The notes under the pieces: generated by a model
Seen by the model: only the letters and a program-made list of their open reading frames with translations
What the model was told of the DNA's origin: nothing
Database searches by the model: none
In this document: positions 28,746 through 40,000 of the stretch, piece after piece
Numbering within the stretch: the first letter of the stretch is position 1
How the letters are laid out: each line of letters opens with the position of its first letter
IMG/VR virus record: IMGVR_UViG_3300012971_000001
Location: 32,001 to 96,000 of that record
DNA from: a virus
Length of the DNA: 64,000 bases
Reading direction: 5' to 3' (one strand)
Program-made: the position numbers and the translations under genes

Positions 28746-29180
28746 ATGTCCCGGAAGAAATTCTACAATCAGGATTTCTCCGGCAAGGATCTTTCGCACA
28801 AGAAGATGAGATCGAGCTTCTTTTACCGCTGTAACTTCGACGACGCAGACATGTCGCATGCGGATGCCGAAGGAACGGAATTTGTCGGCTGTACCTTCAA
28901 TAATTCGATTTGCTATTACTCCAATTTCAAGGATGCAAAGTTAGCCGGGAACGTGTTCAAGCCAAAGGATGCTTACGGCATTACGCTTACGATGAGCTGC
29001 AAGACCTTCGATCAGATGGAGACGAGACAGCTGTGGTGGTACGGAATGTTGCTTTTTGCCACGATGATGGTGCCTGAACGCGAACCCGTCGACGAGGACC
29101 TCAATGCAGGGCTGATTAACCTCATCGGCGCTGAACGGTACGCCAAGCTTAAGACCTTGTTCAGCAAGCGGGAAGTGTAA
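28746..29180 (+). CDS. Pentapeptide repeat protein (start 28695-28746)
   Basis: QDFSG KDLSH KKMRS SFFYR CNFDD ADMSH ADAEG TEFVG CTFNN SICYY SNFKD AKLAG. Confidence 0.8.
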   Translation: MSRKKFYNQDFSGKDLSHKKMRSSFFYRCNFDDADMSHADAEGTEFVGCTFNNSICYYSNFKDAKLAGNVFKPKDAYGITLTMSCKTFDQMETRQLWWYGMLLFATMMVPEREPVDEDLNAGLINLIGAERYAKLKTLFSKREV

Positions 29181-29731
29181 TGTACTATTGGTTGATGCCG
29201 AAGCTAGATGTAAACGAACAGCGTGATCGTTTTTTCTCGCATGTTGATAGAACCTCTTCGCCTAAGGGATGCTGGATTTGGACAGGTACTCTAAACGCTT
29301 CTGGCTACGGCAGAATCAAAATTACTTTCACCGATGGAACATTTGAACGGTTAGCTCATCGTGTGTCGTACAGGTGGTGGAAAGGGCCAATACCGATGGG
29401 TCTGTTGGTTTGTCATATCCGAGCCTGCAGTGATTCAACTTGCGTCAATCCTGCCCACCTGTACACGGGTACAGATCAAGACAACACAGATGATAGGGTC
29501 GCTGTAGGTAATCAGCCAAAGGGCAGAACCCACCACATGCACTTACATCCAGAATACGCCGCGCGTGGTGCTGCTGCCGGACGTAGCAAGCTGACTGATG
29601 TGCAAGTGCGCGTTGCACGTGCTTTGCATAGACGTGACCACATGATAAAGAGCATTGCTAGACGTTTCGGTGTAACCGCAACGGCTATCTCCGCTATTGT
29701 GCATAGCAAGACATGGAGGCATCTGTGGTAG
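29180..29731 (+). CDS. HNH homing endonuclease (start may be 29195)
   Basis: RTSSPKGCWIWTG...AHRVSY...CVNPAHLYTGT..DN...KLTDVQVRV. Confidence 0.85.
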   Translation: MYYWLMPKLDVNEQRDRFFSHVDRTSSPKGCWIWTGTLNASGYGRIKITFTDGTFERLAHRVSYRWWKGPIPMGLLVCHIRACSDSTCVNPAHLYTGTDQDNTDDRVAVGNQPKGRTHHMHLHPEYAARGAAAGRSKLTDVQVRVARALHRRDHMIKSIARRFGVTATAISAIVHSKTWRHLW

Positions 29732-30327
29732 AGGCGATCGATACCTATTTTCTGTTCGTCAAGAGCCAGATGGCAAAGCTGGATCCAACGCAACGCTTTG
29801 GACCTATTGTGGCCAGTCGAGATTGGCCGCAGACGCCGCCGAAAGACAGCACGCTGTATCTGCTGTACCTTAGCTCGACGCCGATCTCGCCCGGCACAGC
29901 ATCGGTGACCTTCTATCAGCATATGCTGCAGTGGGTCTGGCTGGTGATGGGCGACGACATAGAGCCGACGGAAAGAAAACAGAACCGCGGTGACAGATAC
30001 CGCGTCCACCTGAACATGCAGAACAACCTGCAGGACGCGAATTACCCGGGCTTCTGCCAGAAGATGGCTTACACAGCAGACAGGGACGGCAACCTGTCCA
30101 GCAACGGTTTTACCCTGCCGGAATACGGCGGGGCAGAAACGATCTTCTGGACTACACCAAGATTCATTCCGAGATTCGATGCAGAGAGATCGGGCTTACT
30201 CTACGGAGTAGCAGCCGTGGAAGTGGATGCGTGGGAAGATATTACGCTGAAGTTGCAGCAGCCGTATCCGCAGCCGGTTTTGACGAAGGATGTGCGTGCT
30301 AGAATAGACGCGTTTAACAGATCGTAG
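29713..30327 (+). CDS. Probable tail terminator/completion protein
   Basis: Position directly before the tail tube gene; size about 200 aa. Confidence 0.5.
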   Translation: MEASVVEAIDTYFLFVKSQMAKLDPTQRFGPIVASRDWPQTPPKDSTLYLLYLSSTPISPGTASVTFYQHMLQWVWLVMGDDIEPTERKQNRGDRYRVHLNMQNNLQDANYPGFCQKMAYTADRDGNLSSNGFTLPEYGGAETIFWTTPRFIPRFDAERSGLLYGVAAVEVDAWEDITLKLQQPYPQPVLTKDVRARIDAFNRS

Positions 30328-30333
30328 ATGTGC

Positions 30334-30370
30334 TCCGCCGTAGGCTGTAGCTGATAATGACGTCTATTAT
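30334..30370 (+). promoter_or_regulatory. Putative late promoter, copy 3
   Basis: TCCGCCG TAGGCT, 18 nt, TATTAT, upstream of the tail tube gene. Confidence 0.5.
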
Positions 30371-30411
30371 TGTAGGGCAGACCAGGCTTAGTGAATAGAG
30401 GAGAAGGACGA

Positions 30412-31521
30412 ATGGCAGGAGCAAATCTTCCAAAGTCATTAACGCAGCCATTCCGACAGGGCCAGCTTAATGTTGGTTCCGGATGGCGCGGTTATTTTGC
30501 CCCATTCAATCAAGCAACAGCAGTGAATCAGACGTCGACGTCGATCGGGCCCACAATGTACGACTTGGAAGTTTTGGGCCGGTTCGTCGACGCGACTCCA
30601 CCTGCTGGCTGGTTTGACATCGGGTTGATTCGAAACTTCAAATTTACGCCAGGCTCGAAAATCGGAAATATCGTTTCCGGTTACCGCGGAGCAGTGCGGG
30701 CCAAGTACCGCGGAGAGGTGGCGGAAAAGTTCAATTTCGCATTCGCGGAAATGTCGCGGACGGCGATGCGGCTGGCGACCGGCTCGCAGGTGTTCAACCT
30801 GCTCAAAACGGCCGGGAATGCCACGCCGAACACGCAAGGGCCTTTGAATTCGCCTGGCGTAGCCGGCGTTCCGATGATAGCCTACTCGCCGAGTGGGATG
30901 ACGGGCGGGCCGTCGGGCATACCGACGCTTTCGGTCGCCACCGGGACGGGCTCGCAATTCCCTGTCGGCTCGATGATTGTGTGCGACATCGACTACGACC
31001 CGGCGACCTACGGCTTTGTGGGAGACGCAGGTGCCAACGTGTTTCCGGGTGCCGTGACGGACGTCGACTTCATTCGCAAGACTTCCGATTACGTAGCCGG
31101 TGTTCAGCAAATCGTTACAGCCGGCGGTGCCGACTTACTCGTGCTGACCGGCCCGTTTGTCGGCGGCGGCAACAAGGTCGGCATACAAGGGATGGGGCCG
31201 ACAGCTCCGGCGCCGCCTGCGAAGGTGCAGGCCATAACCGGCTACGCATCGCGAGAAGGCGGCACTTACATCGCAGAGTGGTCGGCGGTGTTCAAGCTCG
31301 ACACGGCAGACTTCTCGCAGCTTCTGCTCTACTACCCACGCGTAGCTCCAGACGCATTCGCCGGCCTGGGCGAAGTGGCCATTCAGAATATCTCGTCCAT
31401 GCAGGAATACGACATGGATGCATCGTTCGAAGCAATGGCCTTTGACGATCCGTTGGATGGCGAGACTGTGGTCCGGTATTCGGCCTATTATCCGCATCCC
31501 GGAACAAATCCGGCGCAATAG
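30412..31521 (+). CDS. Major tail tube protein with an inserted domain
   Basis: Lies before chaperone and tape measure; GWFDIGLI..F.F pattern; followed by a terminator. Confidence 0.7.
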   Translation: MAGANLPKSLTQPFRQGQLNVGSGWRGYFAPFNQATAVNQTSTSIGPTMYDLEVLGRFVDATPPAGWFDIGLIRNFKFTPGSKIGNIVSGYRGAVRAKYRGEVAEKFNFAFAEMSRTAMRLATGSQVFNLLKTAGNATPNTQGPLNSPGVAGVPMIAYSPSGMTGGPSGIPTLSVATGTGSQFPVGSMIVCDIDYDPATYGFVGDAGANVFPGAVTDVDFIRKTSDYVAGVQQIVTAGGADLLVLTGPFVGGGNKVGIQGMGPTAPAPPAKVQAITGYASREGGTYIAEWSAVFKLDTADFSQLLLYYPRVAPDAFAGLGEVAIQNISSMQEYDMDASFEAMAFDDPLDGETVVRYSAYYPHPGTNPAQ

Positions 31522-31536
31522 CTTCCTTGCAGGGGG

Positions 31537-31596
31537 AGGCCCGGCTCAGCTCAGAGCCTTACCACGCGCCAGCCATAAGCTGGGCCGGGTCTTTTT
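31537..31596 (+). terminator. Rho-independent terminator after the tail tube gene
   Basis: AGGCCCGGCTCAGCT...AGCTGGGCCGGGTCT followed by a T-run. Confidence 0.7.
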
Positions 31597-31652
31597 GATA
31601 AAGAAAGTAGGTGAATAAAGATGTGGCGGCTAAAGTTAGAAAAGGATAGCTT

Positions 31653-32378
31653 ATGGCAGACCACAATTTCCCTTCGCCGAAAGAAGTTGCTGAAATTCTC
31701 TCTACCGAACCTGAATACGATCTCTCCACACTAACCGCAGAAGAAAAACCCATAGCCTTAAAGTTGATCCCGCTCGTCGTGGGCCGAGTGCGCGAGACGG
31801 TGCGGGTGGATCTAGAGGCAAAGAAGGCCCGCGAACTCGAACAACACATCCAATCGCTCAGCGCTCAGAACGCCGAGATGATGGAAAAAGAAATAACCAA
31901 GCTCAAAGAGTCGAACAAGCCGCCGTCGCCGGAAGACCTGAGCAAGCTACTCAGCCAGGAATACGCCGAGATGACCGTGCGCCTGGTGGTGCGTGACGGC
32001 AGCGGAAGAAAAGAGCGCACGTTCGTCATCCGCGAGCTACCGCAGTCGATCGAGATGCGGCTCTTCAAATCCATATTCGACTTACTGCTGCCCAACGTCA
32101 AAAAGCTGAGCGCTGCAAACTTCGCTCCCGGTTCGAGCACAGAACAAAAGGTGCAGCAGGTAGTTGACATGCTGCCCGAAGCCATGACCCTGATGTCCGA
32201 TCTATGTGCCACGTGCCTGGATCCATACGGCGATGAGAAAATAAATGGAGATTGGGTGCGGATGAACATGAGTTCCGCACGGATCAGAGACGTACTGGAA
32301 GCACAGGTTGCCGTAGGGCGGATCCGGGATTTTTTCTCTCAAGCTGTCCGCATAGTCCCAGAATACCTGACTCAGTGA
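31653..32378 (+). CDS. Tail assembly chaperone (lambda gpG-like)
   Basis: Between tail tube and tape measure; ends with R-D-F-F over a slippery site. Confidence 0.7.
   Translation: MADHNFPSPKEVAEILSTEPEYDLSTLTAEEKPIALKLIPLVVGRVRETVRVDLEAKKARELEQHIQSLSAQNAEMMEKEITKLKESNKPPSPEDLSKLLSQEYAEMTVRLVVRDGSGRKERTFVIRELPQSIEMRLFKSIFDLLLPNVKKLSAANFAPGSSTEQKVQQVVDMLPEAMTLMSDLCATCLDPYGDEKINGDWVRMNMSSARIRDVLEAQVAVGRIRDFFSQAVRIVPEYLTQ
32330..32336 (+). other. Putative -1 programmed frameshift heptamer T TTT TTC
   Basis: X XXY YYZ in frame; the -1 frame is open to 32773. Confidence 0.65.
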
Positions 32379-32773
32379 CTAATAGTGCATTACCGGCGGT
32401 GGCAGCTGCGGCCAGTTGGATGGAATCGTTTCATATGCCAATGCGTGAGATTTATAAGCGATTTACTAAGTCGGAACTGGCGATCATGGGCTGGCGTAGC
32501 GCCGAGCTAGCTTACAACATGCATGTATCCCACGGGAGAGGGGCCAACGATGGTGCCAGACGGCCCCTGATCGACGAAGATATGGATCTACGGGGCCGGT
32601 CCGAGCCGGATGTGGAGCATCAGTTACGGGTTATGGGCGAGGCGCTTGCCCCCATTGCCAAGAAGATGGTCAACGAGCGTGGAGAGATAGATCTGCGTCG
32701 CCTTACCGGGCCTGAGGCACTGCGTTACTTTGCAGTTTTGGGGATCCCCATTGGAGGTCGCGTACTAAGATGA
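32330..32773 (+). CDS. Tail chaperone gpT-like extension (frameshift product, or GTG start at 32375)
   Basis: -1 frame ORF that overlaps the tape measure start. Confidence 0.6.
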   Translation, partial: FFLSSCPHSPRIPDSVTNSALPAVAAAASWMESFHMPMREIYKRFTKSELAIMGWRSAELAYNMHVSHGRGANDGARRPLIDEDMDLRGRSEPDVEHQLRVMGEALAPIAKKMVNERGEIDLRRLTGPEALRYFAVLGIPIGGRVLR

Positions 32774-35700
32774 GCCCCAGCGGAGCGTCAGCAACAGAGC
32801 AACTGCTTCTGAAATTCGGTCTTGACTTATCGCCGCTGAAAGAAGCGTCGGCAGCAGTCAAAGCCACTATTCAGGAATTGAACAAGTTCGCAGCCGATAT
32901 AGCATCAGGGCCGAGCGATGAAGATTTGTCACGAGTCAAGGAGATGACTGATGCGTTGCTTCAGATGCAGAAGCTGAAGCAGGAACAAGCTAATGCAGAA
33001 GCAGCTGTGAATGCAAAGGCCATGCAGGAGAAGCTGGCGGCCCAGCAGATAGCAACAGAAGCAGCAAGAACAGAAACAGAAGAGGCACGCAAAGAAACAG
33101 CCGAGATAGAAAAACAGTTAGCCCTGCTGAGAGAAAAGAACGCCGAGAAGAATAAAGAAAAGCATCATGAAGAGGGCGGCCTGGGAGAGATGCTTCAAAA
33201 GTTTGCCACTGGTGGTGTCGGCATTATGGGAGGCGGGCTGGCGCAGGCAGGGCTGCTTGGGTTGCTGGGCGGTGGTACATTTGCCCTGGCTGAGAAGGCA
33301 GTTGATCATCTCCTTGAAAGCATTGAGCATTTAAAAGAAGCACTAGAAGAGGCTTTTGTCACAGCTGAGAAAATGGCAAAGCCTTTGGCCGCTCTTGAAA
33401 ATATAGCTCAGAAGTCGGGCACGAGTGCCGAGAAGGTGATGGAAGAACTGGATGCAGCGACGGGTCATGTGGTGAATAACATGACGCTGCTTCAGTACGG
33501 CATGACGGCCATGAATAACCTGACTGACATCTCCACTGAAAAGATGGCCGAGTGGGCTAAGAGTGCTAGCGATGCTGCTACTGCCATGGGGCATACGCGC
33601 GAAGAAGGTATAAACGCCTTGTCACGCGCTATACAGACCGGGCAAACGCGTATGCTGGCGCACATAACGGGTATTCGGGCGCTGAAAGATCACTACAAGC
33701 AGGCTGCACCGGCGTTTAGTGAGGCTGCTGATCGCCTTCGCAAGATAGATGATGTAATGGGTCAGATAAATACGAAATTGGAGGGCATGGAAAAGGTCAG
33801 CACTATCAAAGGTGCGTGGGCAGAGTTGAGCAAGCAACAGGAAGAATTCTTTGTCGGCTTCTTTATAGGTGCACAGAAGTCGGTTCTTTACAAAGATCTC
33901 GTTGCAATTATCAAAGATCTGGCTACAGCCCTTGAGCTGGTGAATCCATTGATGGAGAAGCTAGGCTCATTAATAGGCGATATTGCCGGATGGGTGGTGA
34001 GGCTACAGCCACTTTACTGGGCTTTCAGAGGAATATTGGTCGAGATCAAAGGTGCCGCTAAGGCTGTTTCTGATTTATACAATGAGATCAGAAAGTTGAT
34101 GGGCCTGGAAGACGAGCGCGAAAAGAAGAAGCAAAAGCCAGAAGAAGAAGAGAGCGCGCAGCACATGCAGTATGCAGCCAAGATGGCAACGATGGATGAC
34201 GCCATCCTTCAGGCTCAGAAAAAGGCTGCATCCGAACATACAATTGCATTACTAACAGAAACCAAGAAGCGCGTTGAAGAGCAGCTAAAGCTAGAACGCG
34301 AGGCCATGTCGCGCGGTGAGGGCCTTGCCAAAGATCATCAGGACAGAATAGCAGCGTTAGAAAAAGATCGCTTGAAGAGCACCAAAGATCTTATCAGGGC
34401 CCGATATGTCTCTGAGCAGGACGCTCTGCACGACAAGCAAATGCTTCTGTTCCAGACTACCGGCAGGACGGGGACGACGCCGGAGCTGATTAAAGAGCAG
34501 GAAAAAGTCAATGCCGAGATAGCCGCAAGCAGCCAGAAATTCAAAGATGATATGTTGGCGGCAAACGCAGATGCCAGCCGCGAAGATAAAGAGCGTACTC
34601 TGAAGGATGCCCAAGAGCTGATAAAGCTTCACGAGGAGCAGAACAAGCGCATCTCCGAATTAGATAAGGCCGCGCTGGAAGATCGTAGGTCAGCTAATGA
34701 AGCCGCATATCATCGAGACCGCAAGGGCCTGGAAGACTACTTCGCGGATCGTAGGAGTATGGAACAGGCAGAGCACGAGGCTACGGAGCAGGACTTAATA
34801 GCGCAGAGGCAATTACACGCTGACGAGCCGGAGAAAGTAGCGGAAATAGACAAGCAGATTCAGCTAGCGCATAATACCGCCAGGCAAAAAGCAAGGGAAA
34901 CAGACGATGCTGAAGAAGATGCCAAGCTCAAGCGTTTAGATGAGCATCTGAAGCAGGAGTTAGAAATAACTCAATCAGCCCTCAAGGAACAGAAGACAGC
35001 TAACGAGGAGTATCTAAAAAGTGGCCTTGCTAACTGGGATGACTATTATCAGGAGAAGCTGAGGTTAATCGATGCGAACAGGAAGGCTGAGTTAGATCAC
35101 ATTGATGCCCTAAAAATAGCTCATGCCGGAGAAGTTCATTACATCGAACAGCTGAATTATCAGCGGGGCCAGATCGAGCGTAAATACGCAGCTGAACGCC
35201 TAGCTGCAGAGGAAGCTGAAGGCAAGGAGCACTTAGCGTTCATCAACGAGCGCTACGGCATGCGCCAGCAGATAGCGCAGGCGAAGCTGGCACAGTTTCA
35301 GGCTCAGCCGGGCATGCAAGGCGCTGGGGCCGGAATTATAGAAAATGAGATAGAAGTACTCAAGCAAAAGCTGGCAGCCTTACCAGATGTTTTAGCCAAG
35401 AGCCCGCAGCTGTTGAACGAGGTTAGACTGGCAACGATCCAGCTTAACACCGAGCTGAAGAAGCTCGAGCTGCAGCTTATACAGATGAAAAGCGTTGCAT
35501 ACGCTGCAAGCACTGCCTTTCAAGGCATTGGCAATCAGATCGGAAAGATATTTACCTCACCGTTTGCACAGAATCTCGCGAAGATACTCAATATCGGAGC
35601 CGGAGCAATGCGCTCATCCGTTGAGCGCCGGGATATCATGGCAACGCCTTGGAAGAGAGACGAGACAGGCGCATTTGTAAAAGGCTCCGAAAATATGACT

Positions 35701-36942
35701 TTGTTCGTCAACAAGCTGGGCGCTGCAGTCGGAGCCGTGGGCGATTTTGTTACAGCAATTACGCAGGCACAAAGCGCCATAGCCGGTGGTCTTGGCGGCG
35801 CCATGTCCGGTGGCGGCCTGGGCGGCATGATTGGCCAGACTATGGGCAGTTTGTTCAAGAGCATTGGCAAGATGGGCGGCCCAATCGGCGAGGCAGTTGG
35901 GATGGTGGTTGGCGGTGTGATGGGCGCCATTACCGGATCAAAGAACGCGGCGATAAAGAGGAACATAGACCAGCTCAAGAACCAGATGCAAGCCATTCAG
36001 CTAGCCCTGAAAGAAAACGCCAACAACATCGCACAGACCATCACGCAAATACAGGGGCTGATCAATCAGGCAAGGATGGAGCAGGCGCAGTCAAAGAAGG
36101 GTGGCGAGCAGTATCAGAAAGTCATCGACGACTACTCACAGCAGCTGCAAGACCTGCAGGTGCAGCAGCAGGGAGTCATCCGGGATATGAACCAACAGCT
36201 GGCAATCCTGCAGGCGCCGCTGGGCGGGCAAGACTTTTTGAAGTCGCTGCAGGACATCTATACCAGCTACAACAAATTCGTGGGCGCTGCACAGAATGCC
36301 AACGACTTAGCATCAGCAAATCAGTGGCTGGATCTGAGCTTGAAAAATCTCGCCAGGACTACGGAAGAATACAACGAGCAGCAGCTGTCGGAATTCAATC
36401 AAGATCAACAGAATGCCGTCAACGATGCCATCAAGTTAAACGACTTACTGCTCGAGCGGCAGCAGCTCATGAACCAGATGGCAGATCAAATCCGGGGCGT
36501 GCTCAGCCAGGGTTCGCTACAGCGTCAGGCAACGAGAGCACAGACGGCAGGCGAGCAGATAGCTCAGATCAAGCTGGACACGGACAAGCAGCTGCAGCAG
36601 CTGAACGCCGAGATAGCAACGACTCAGTACAAGGTGGCCAGTGAGCAGCAGATCTTTAACTTAGCTACGACACGCATCGGTCTGGAAATGCAGCTGGTCG
36701 GCCTACAGAATGACCAGACAGACCGTGACATGGTCCGCATCGAGCAATTGCAGCAACTGGTAGCCGGGCTGAAAGACGTAGCCGGGTTCGCTCCTGGCGT
36801 ACTTGCCAACGTACAAAAGGGATATAGCAGCGCAGCTGGCACACCAATGAGCATGCAGGACATCCTGGATGAGTACTTTGCAGCCGCCTACGCCTCCCGC
36901 TCAGCGTACGGATATGGCGCCTTCCGGGGCCAGAATCTATGA
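32770..36942 (+). CDS. Tape measure protein (1390 aa)
   Basis: Long helical A/E/K/Q-rich ORF with Gly-rich hydrophobic segments, after the chaperones. Confidence 0.85.
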   Translation: MSPSGASATEQLLLKFGLDLSPLKEASAAVKATIQELNKFAADIASGPSDEDLSRVKEMTDALLQMQKLKQEQANAEAAVNAKAMQEKLAAQQIATEAARTETEEARKETAEIEKQLALLREKNAEKNKEKHHEEGGLGEMLQKFATGGVGIMGGGLAQAGLLGLLGGGTFALAEKAVDHLLESIEHLKEALEEAFVTAEKMAKPLAALENIAQKSGTSAEKVMEELDAATGHVVNNMTLLQYGMTAMNNLTDISTEKMAEWAKSASDAATAMGHTREEGINALSRAIQTGQTRMLAHITGIRALKDHYKQAAPAFSEAADRLRKIDDVMGQINTKLEGMEKVSTIKGAWAELSKQQEEFFVGFFIGAQKSVLYKDLVAIIKDLATALELVNPLMEKLGSLIGDIAGWVVRLQPLYWAFRGILVEIKGAAKAVSDLYNEIRKLMGLEDEREKKKQKPEEEESAQHMQYAAKMATMDDAILQAQKKAASEHTIALLTETKKRVEEQLKLEREAMSRGEGLAKDHQDRIAALEKDRLKSTKDLIRARYVSEQDALHDKQMLLFQTTGRTGTTPELIKEQEKVNAEIAASSQKFKDDMLAANADASREDKERTLKDAQELIKLHEEQNKRISELDKAALEDRRSANEAAYHRDRKGLEDYFADRRSMEQAEHEATEQDLIAQRQLHADEPEKVAEIDKQIQLAHNTARQKARETDDAEEDAKLKRLDEHLKQELEITQSALKEQKTANEEYLKSGLANWDDYYQEKLRLIDANRKAELDHIDALKIAHAGEVHYIEQLNYQRGQIERKYAAERLAAEEAEGKEHLAFINERYGMRQQIAQAKLAQFQAQPGMQGAGAGIIENEIEVLKQKLAALPDVLAKSPQLLNEVRLATIQLNTELKKLELQLIQMKSVAYAASTAFQGIGNQIGKIFTSPFAQNLAKILNIGAGAMRSSVERRDIMATPWKRDETGAFVKGSENMTLFVNKLGAAVGAVGDFVTAITQAQSAIAGGLGGAMSGGGLGGMIGQTMGSLFKSIGKMGGPIGEAVGMVVGGVMGAITGSKNAAIKRNIDQLKNQMQAIQLALKENANNIAQTITQIQGLINQARMEQAQSKKGGEQYQKVIDDYSQQLQDLQVQQQGVIRDMNQQLAILQAPLGGQDFLKSLQDIYTSYNKFVGAAQNANDLASANQWLDLSLKNLARTTEEYNEQQLSEFNQDQQNAVNDAIKLNDLLLERQQLMNQMADQIRGVLSQGSLQRQATRAQTAGEQIAQIKLDTDKQLQQLNAEIATTQYKVASEQQIFNLATTRIGLEMQLVGLQNDQTDRDMVRIEQLQQLVAGLKDVAGFAPGVLANVQKGYSSAAGTPMSMQDILDEYFAAAYASRSAYGYGAFRGQNL

Positions 36943-37020
36943 TAGGTGGTCCTAAGTATCGGGTACAGGGCCAGCGACGCTGCCTGACGGGCCCTACAGC
37001 GACGGAAACAGGGGTTTGCC

Positions 37021-40000
37021 ATGGCCTTTAAACTCATGATCAGCTGGAGTGGCGCCGAACGCGACTACACCCGGTATCTCATTCATCAGTCGCTGTCGAT
37101 CAGTGAATCGCTCAACGTTCCTACCACCTGCACGTTTTCGCTTTCGCCGATAGACTCGATGTTCGTGATCCCGCCCGAACACGCCTACATCGACCTGTAC
37201 GGCACGCTGAAGAATAAAAGCCTGTTCACCGGCTTTATCACCGTACAGCCGAAAATGGTCTACATGGCCCTTTCGCCGACGCCGATCATGGGCGGCCAGT
37301 TATTCGAGTACCAAATCAACTGCTCGAGCGATGAGCACTTACTAAATATCAAATCGGTGCCGTTCATACCGGCATATCTGAATCAGTATCAGGGAGATAT
37401 TCTAGCGTCGATAGCAGAAGTGCTGTGCCCCGGCTTCTTTGATACAACGATGCTGCAGAAAGGCGATATAGTCCCGTACTTCGAGTACAAGCCAACGCAG
37501 TCGTGGTCCGAGTTAGCCAAAGAGTGGGGAGATGCAACGCGCTTCCGTAACCGGGGCAGAAATAAAAAGCTGGTATACGCACCGTACGATGACGCACCGC
37601 TCGGCATAGGCTACGACGAAAGAAAAGCTCAGCGGACCTTCGATCCAAAGGGCCTGAATACGGATGTAATGACAGTGCCGCTGGTGAACGATGTTACGAT
37701 CATCGGCAGAGCAGAGGCCGGAAACAATCGCGAGGACTATTTTATCGGCGACGGCTTTACTGGCACCTTTCCGCTGCACCACAAGACGTTCGAAGGCGCA
37801 TCGGCATTGCTGTTGAACGAGCCGTGGACTAACACCGATCTGAACAAGCAGAACTGGTATCTGCTAGACCCGTACATGGAATTCGATTTTACCGCAGGTG
37901 CATTGAATATCGTCACGCCTGCGCCACCGCACAAGCTGGGCGACTCCTATCTCCAGATGAACAACGGCTTGGAAGTAGCGGGCAGCATAGACTTAGAGCA
38001 CGGCGAGATTACGTTCAACGGGCACTGCGAGGGAATAATCGGCGGCCTGTACGGCAGCTTTGATGAGAACACGCAGGATAAATTAATAGCCGGGTTTGTC
38101 ATCTCTACGACCGACAAGCTAACGCCGCCAGCAATTATTCCGTTGCCGGGCGGCGGAGGCATGCAGGGCATAGGCTATGGCGGAATACAGATAGCAGCAT
38201 TTGCCGTGCAGCAACCGACAGCCAAAGATGCGGAACAAATCGGCGACGTGATCATTACGAAGCCGAACCATAACTACGTGCTGCAGACGCTGATTACAGC
38301 TCCGATGTATACCCGGTACAATCAGGTGTACCGCACGCAGGATGGCACAGAGTTCGGTGGGACTGTAGATAGCGTGCCGTGCTCGATCACGTTTGCCGTG
38401 CAGGATTGGGATATCCTGGCAGTGAAGGTCGGCACAGATTTCTTTTACGAGCCGACGATCACGAAGATAGCATCGCTAGATATCGAGTTACCGGCTTTCC
38501 TTGCCTACGCACTGATCAATAATCAGCAGCTGAATCTAACGCTTGGCAATACGGTGGTCGCAGCGATGCCGCAAGGCTCTCTGTTCGCACTATGTGGGCC
38601 GTCTGGATTAGCAAGACCAACCGGGTGGCTGCCGATGCTGCCGTGGACGTCGGGCTGGGTCAAGAAAGGCGACATGTGGGCAACGGGTTTCATCGGCCCG
38701 GTGCTGCCGTGGCCTAGCCCGGCATCGGGTAACATCGTACCCGGGCCGTTGATGCTGTCAGACACAGCAGTGCAGGAAGTGCTGGGCAACGGCCTGGAAT
38801 TACAGGTAGCTCAAATTACGCCTGGCAATGAGTCGGATACGCTCGGATTCTACAACCAGAATCCGCTTACCATCCCGGCAGCAGGAACGCCGTTGCGGTT
38901 TCAGTCCTGGGAATCGCAGGCAGCAATAGCCAGAATACAGAACAAAGATTCGATTGACAGTGAAGCAGATATCGTGGGAGATGACGGCATACGATCAGCA
39001 GTAGTAAGTGACCTGACTCCACTGCCACGCACAAGCGAAGACTGCGACAACGCGGCATTGGCCTATCTGCACGACCGCGGCATGGTGCTCTACAAGGGCA
39101 CTTACACATGCACGAGCTTTTTCTTCACCGGAGACGACAAGGACTGGCAATATTTCCCTACGTGCGGCAGGGAGTTATTCATCCACGCCCCGAAAAGAAA
39201 AATCGACCAACAGAATTATCTGGTCACCACGCTGAAGATCAGCATTCTCGACTTACAGACGGAATTGCTCTCGTATGAGATCGGATTCGGCGCCGACTTA
39301 TACCTGGAAAAGATGCTTAAGAATTTCATAATGCCAGATCCGGCCACGGTGCTCACGTTCAAAGACAAAGCAGATCCGCCAGATCCACGCTACACTACGC
39401 AGGTTGGAAATTCGTATCTGCCGGATCTCAACAATGTGCAGATCTCACTGTTCCAGATCGTAGATGATCGGTGCCGCGTGGAAGTATTCGATACATGGCT
39501 TACAGATCCAGACAACCCGTGGGACGGTGCAATAGAAATCAGGCGCCAGGATCATAATTGGGGCAACAAAGATCTGCCGGATTACGTCGATCTGGTCAGC
39601 CCGCCTATTACCGAGTCGGATGGCATTTACTCGCTGGAATTCGACTTACTTCGCAGGCAGTACGACCAGACGTGGTATCTGCGGCCAGTGAAAGATGGCA
39701 TCTATTCGCGTAGATCAAAAGTGCTTCGCCTGATGTGGCCCATGAAGCCAGATCAGCCCCTATACATCGGCGCCACGGCCATACGGGAGCAGCCGAGCCA
39801 AGAAATGGGGATGATAGATTCGTACAACGTGCAGTATGGCTTTAACGGCGATGTGCGGAATATCTGGGGAGTAGAAATAAGAGGTGCGGATAATAGAACG
39901 ATCCTGGTGCAGAAGCAGTGCACGGCAGCAGCATCTGACTTACTGATAGACTTAGCACAGACGCCGATGCCGTTCATGCCCGCGCCATACAATACCGACT

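Noticed and set aside
35649-36644. 331-aa alternative-frame ORF inside the tape measure
   Set aside because: Arg/Ala-rich frame shadow without motifs or a ribosome binding site.
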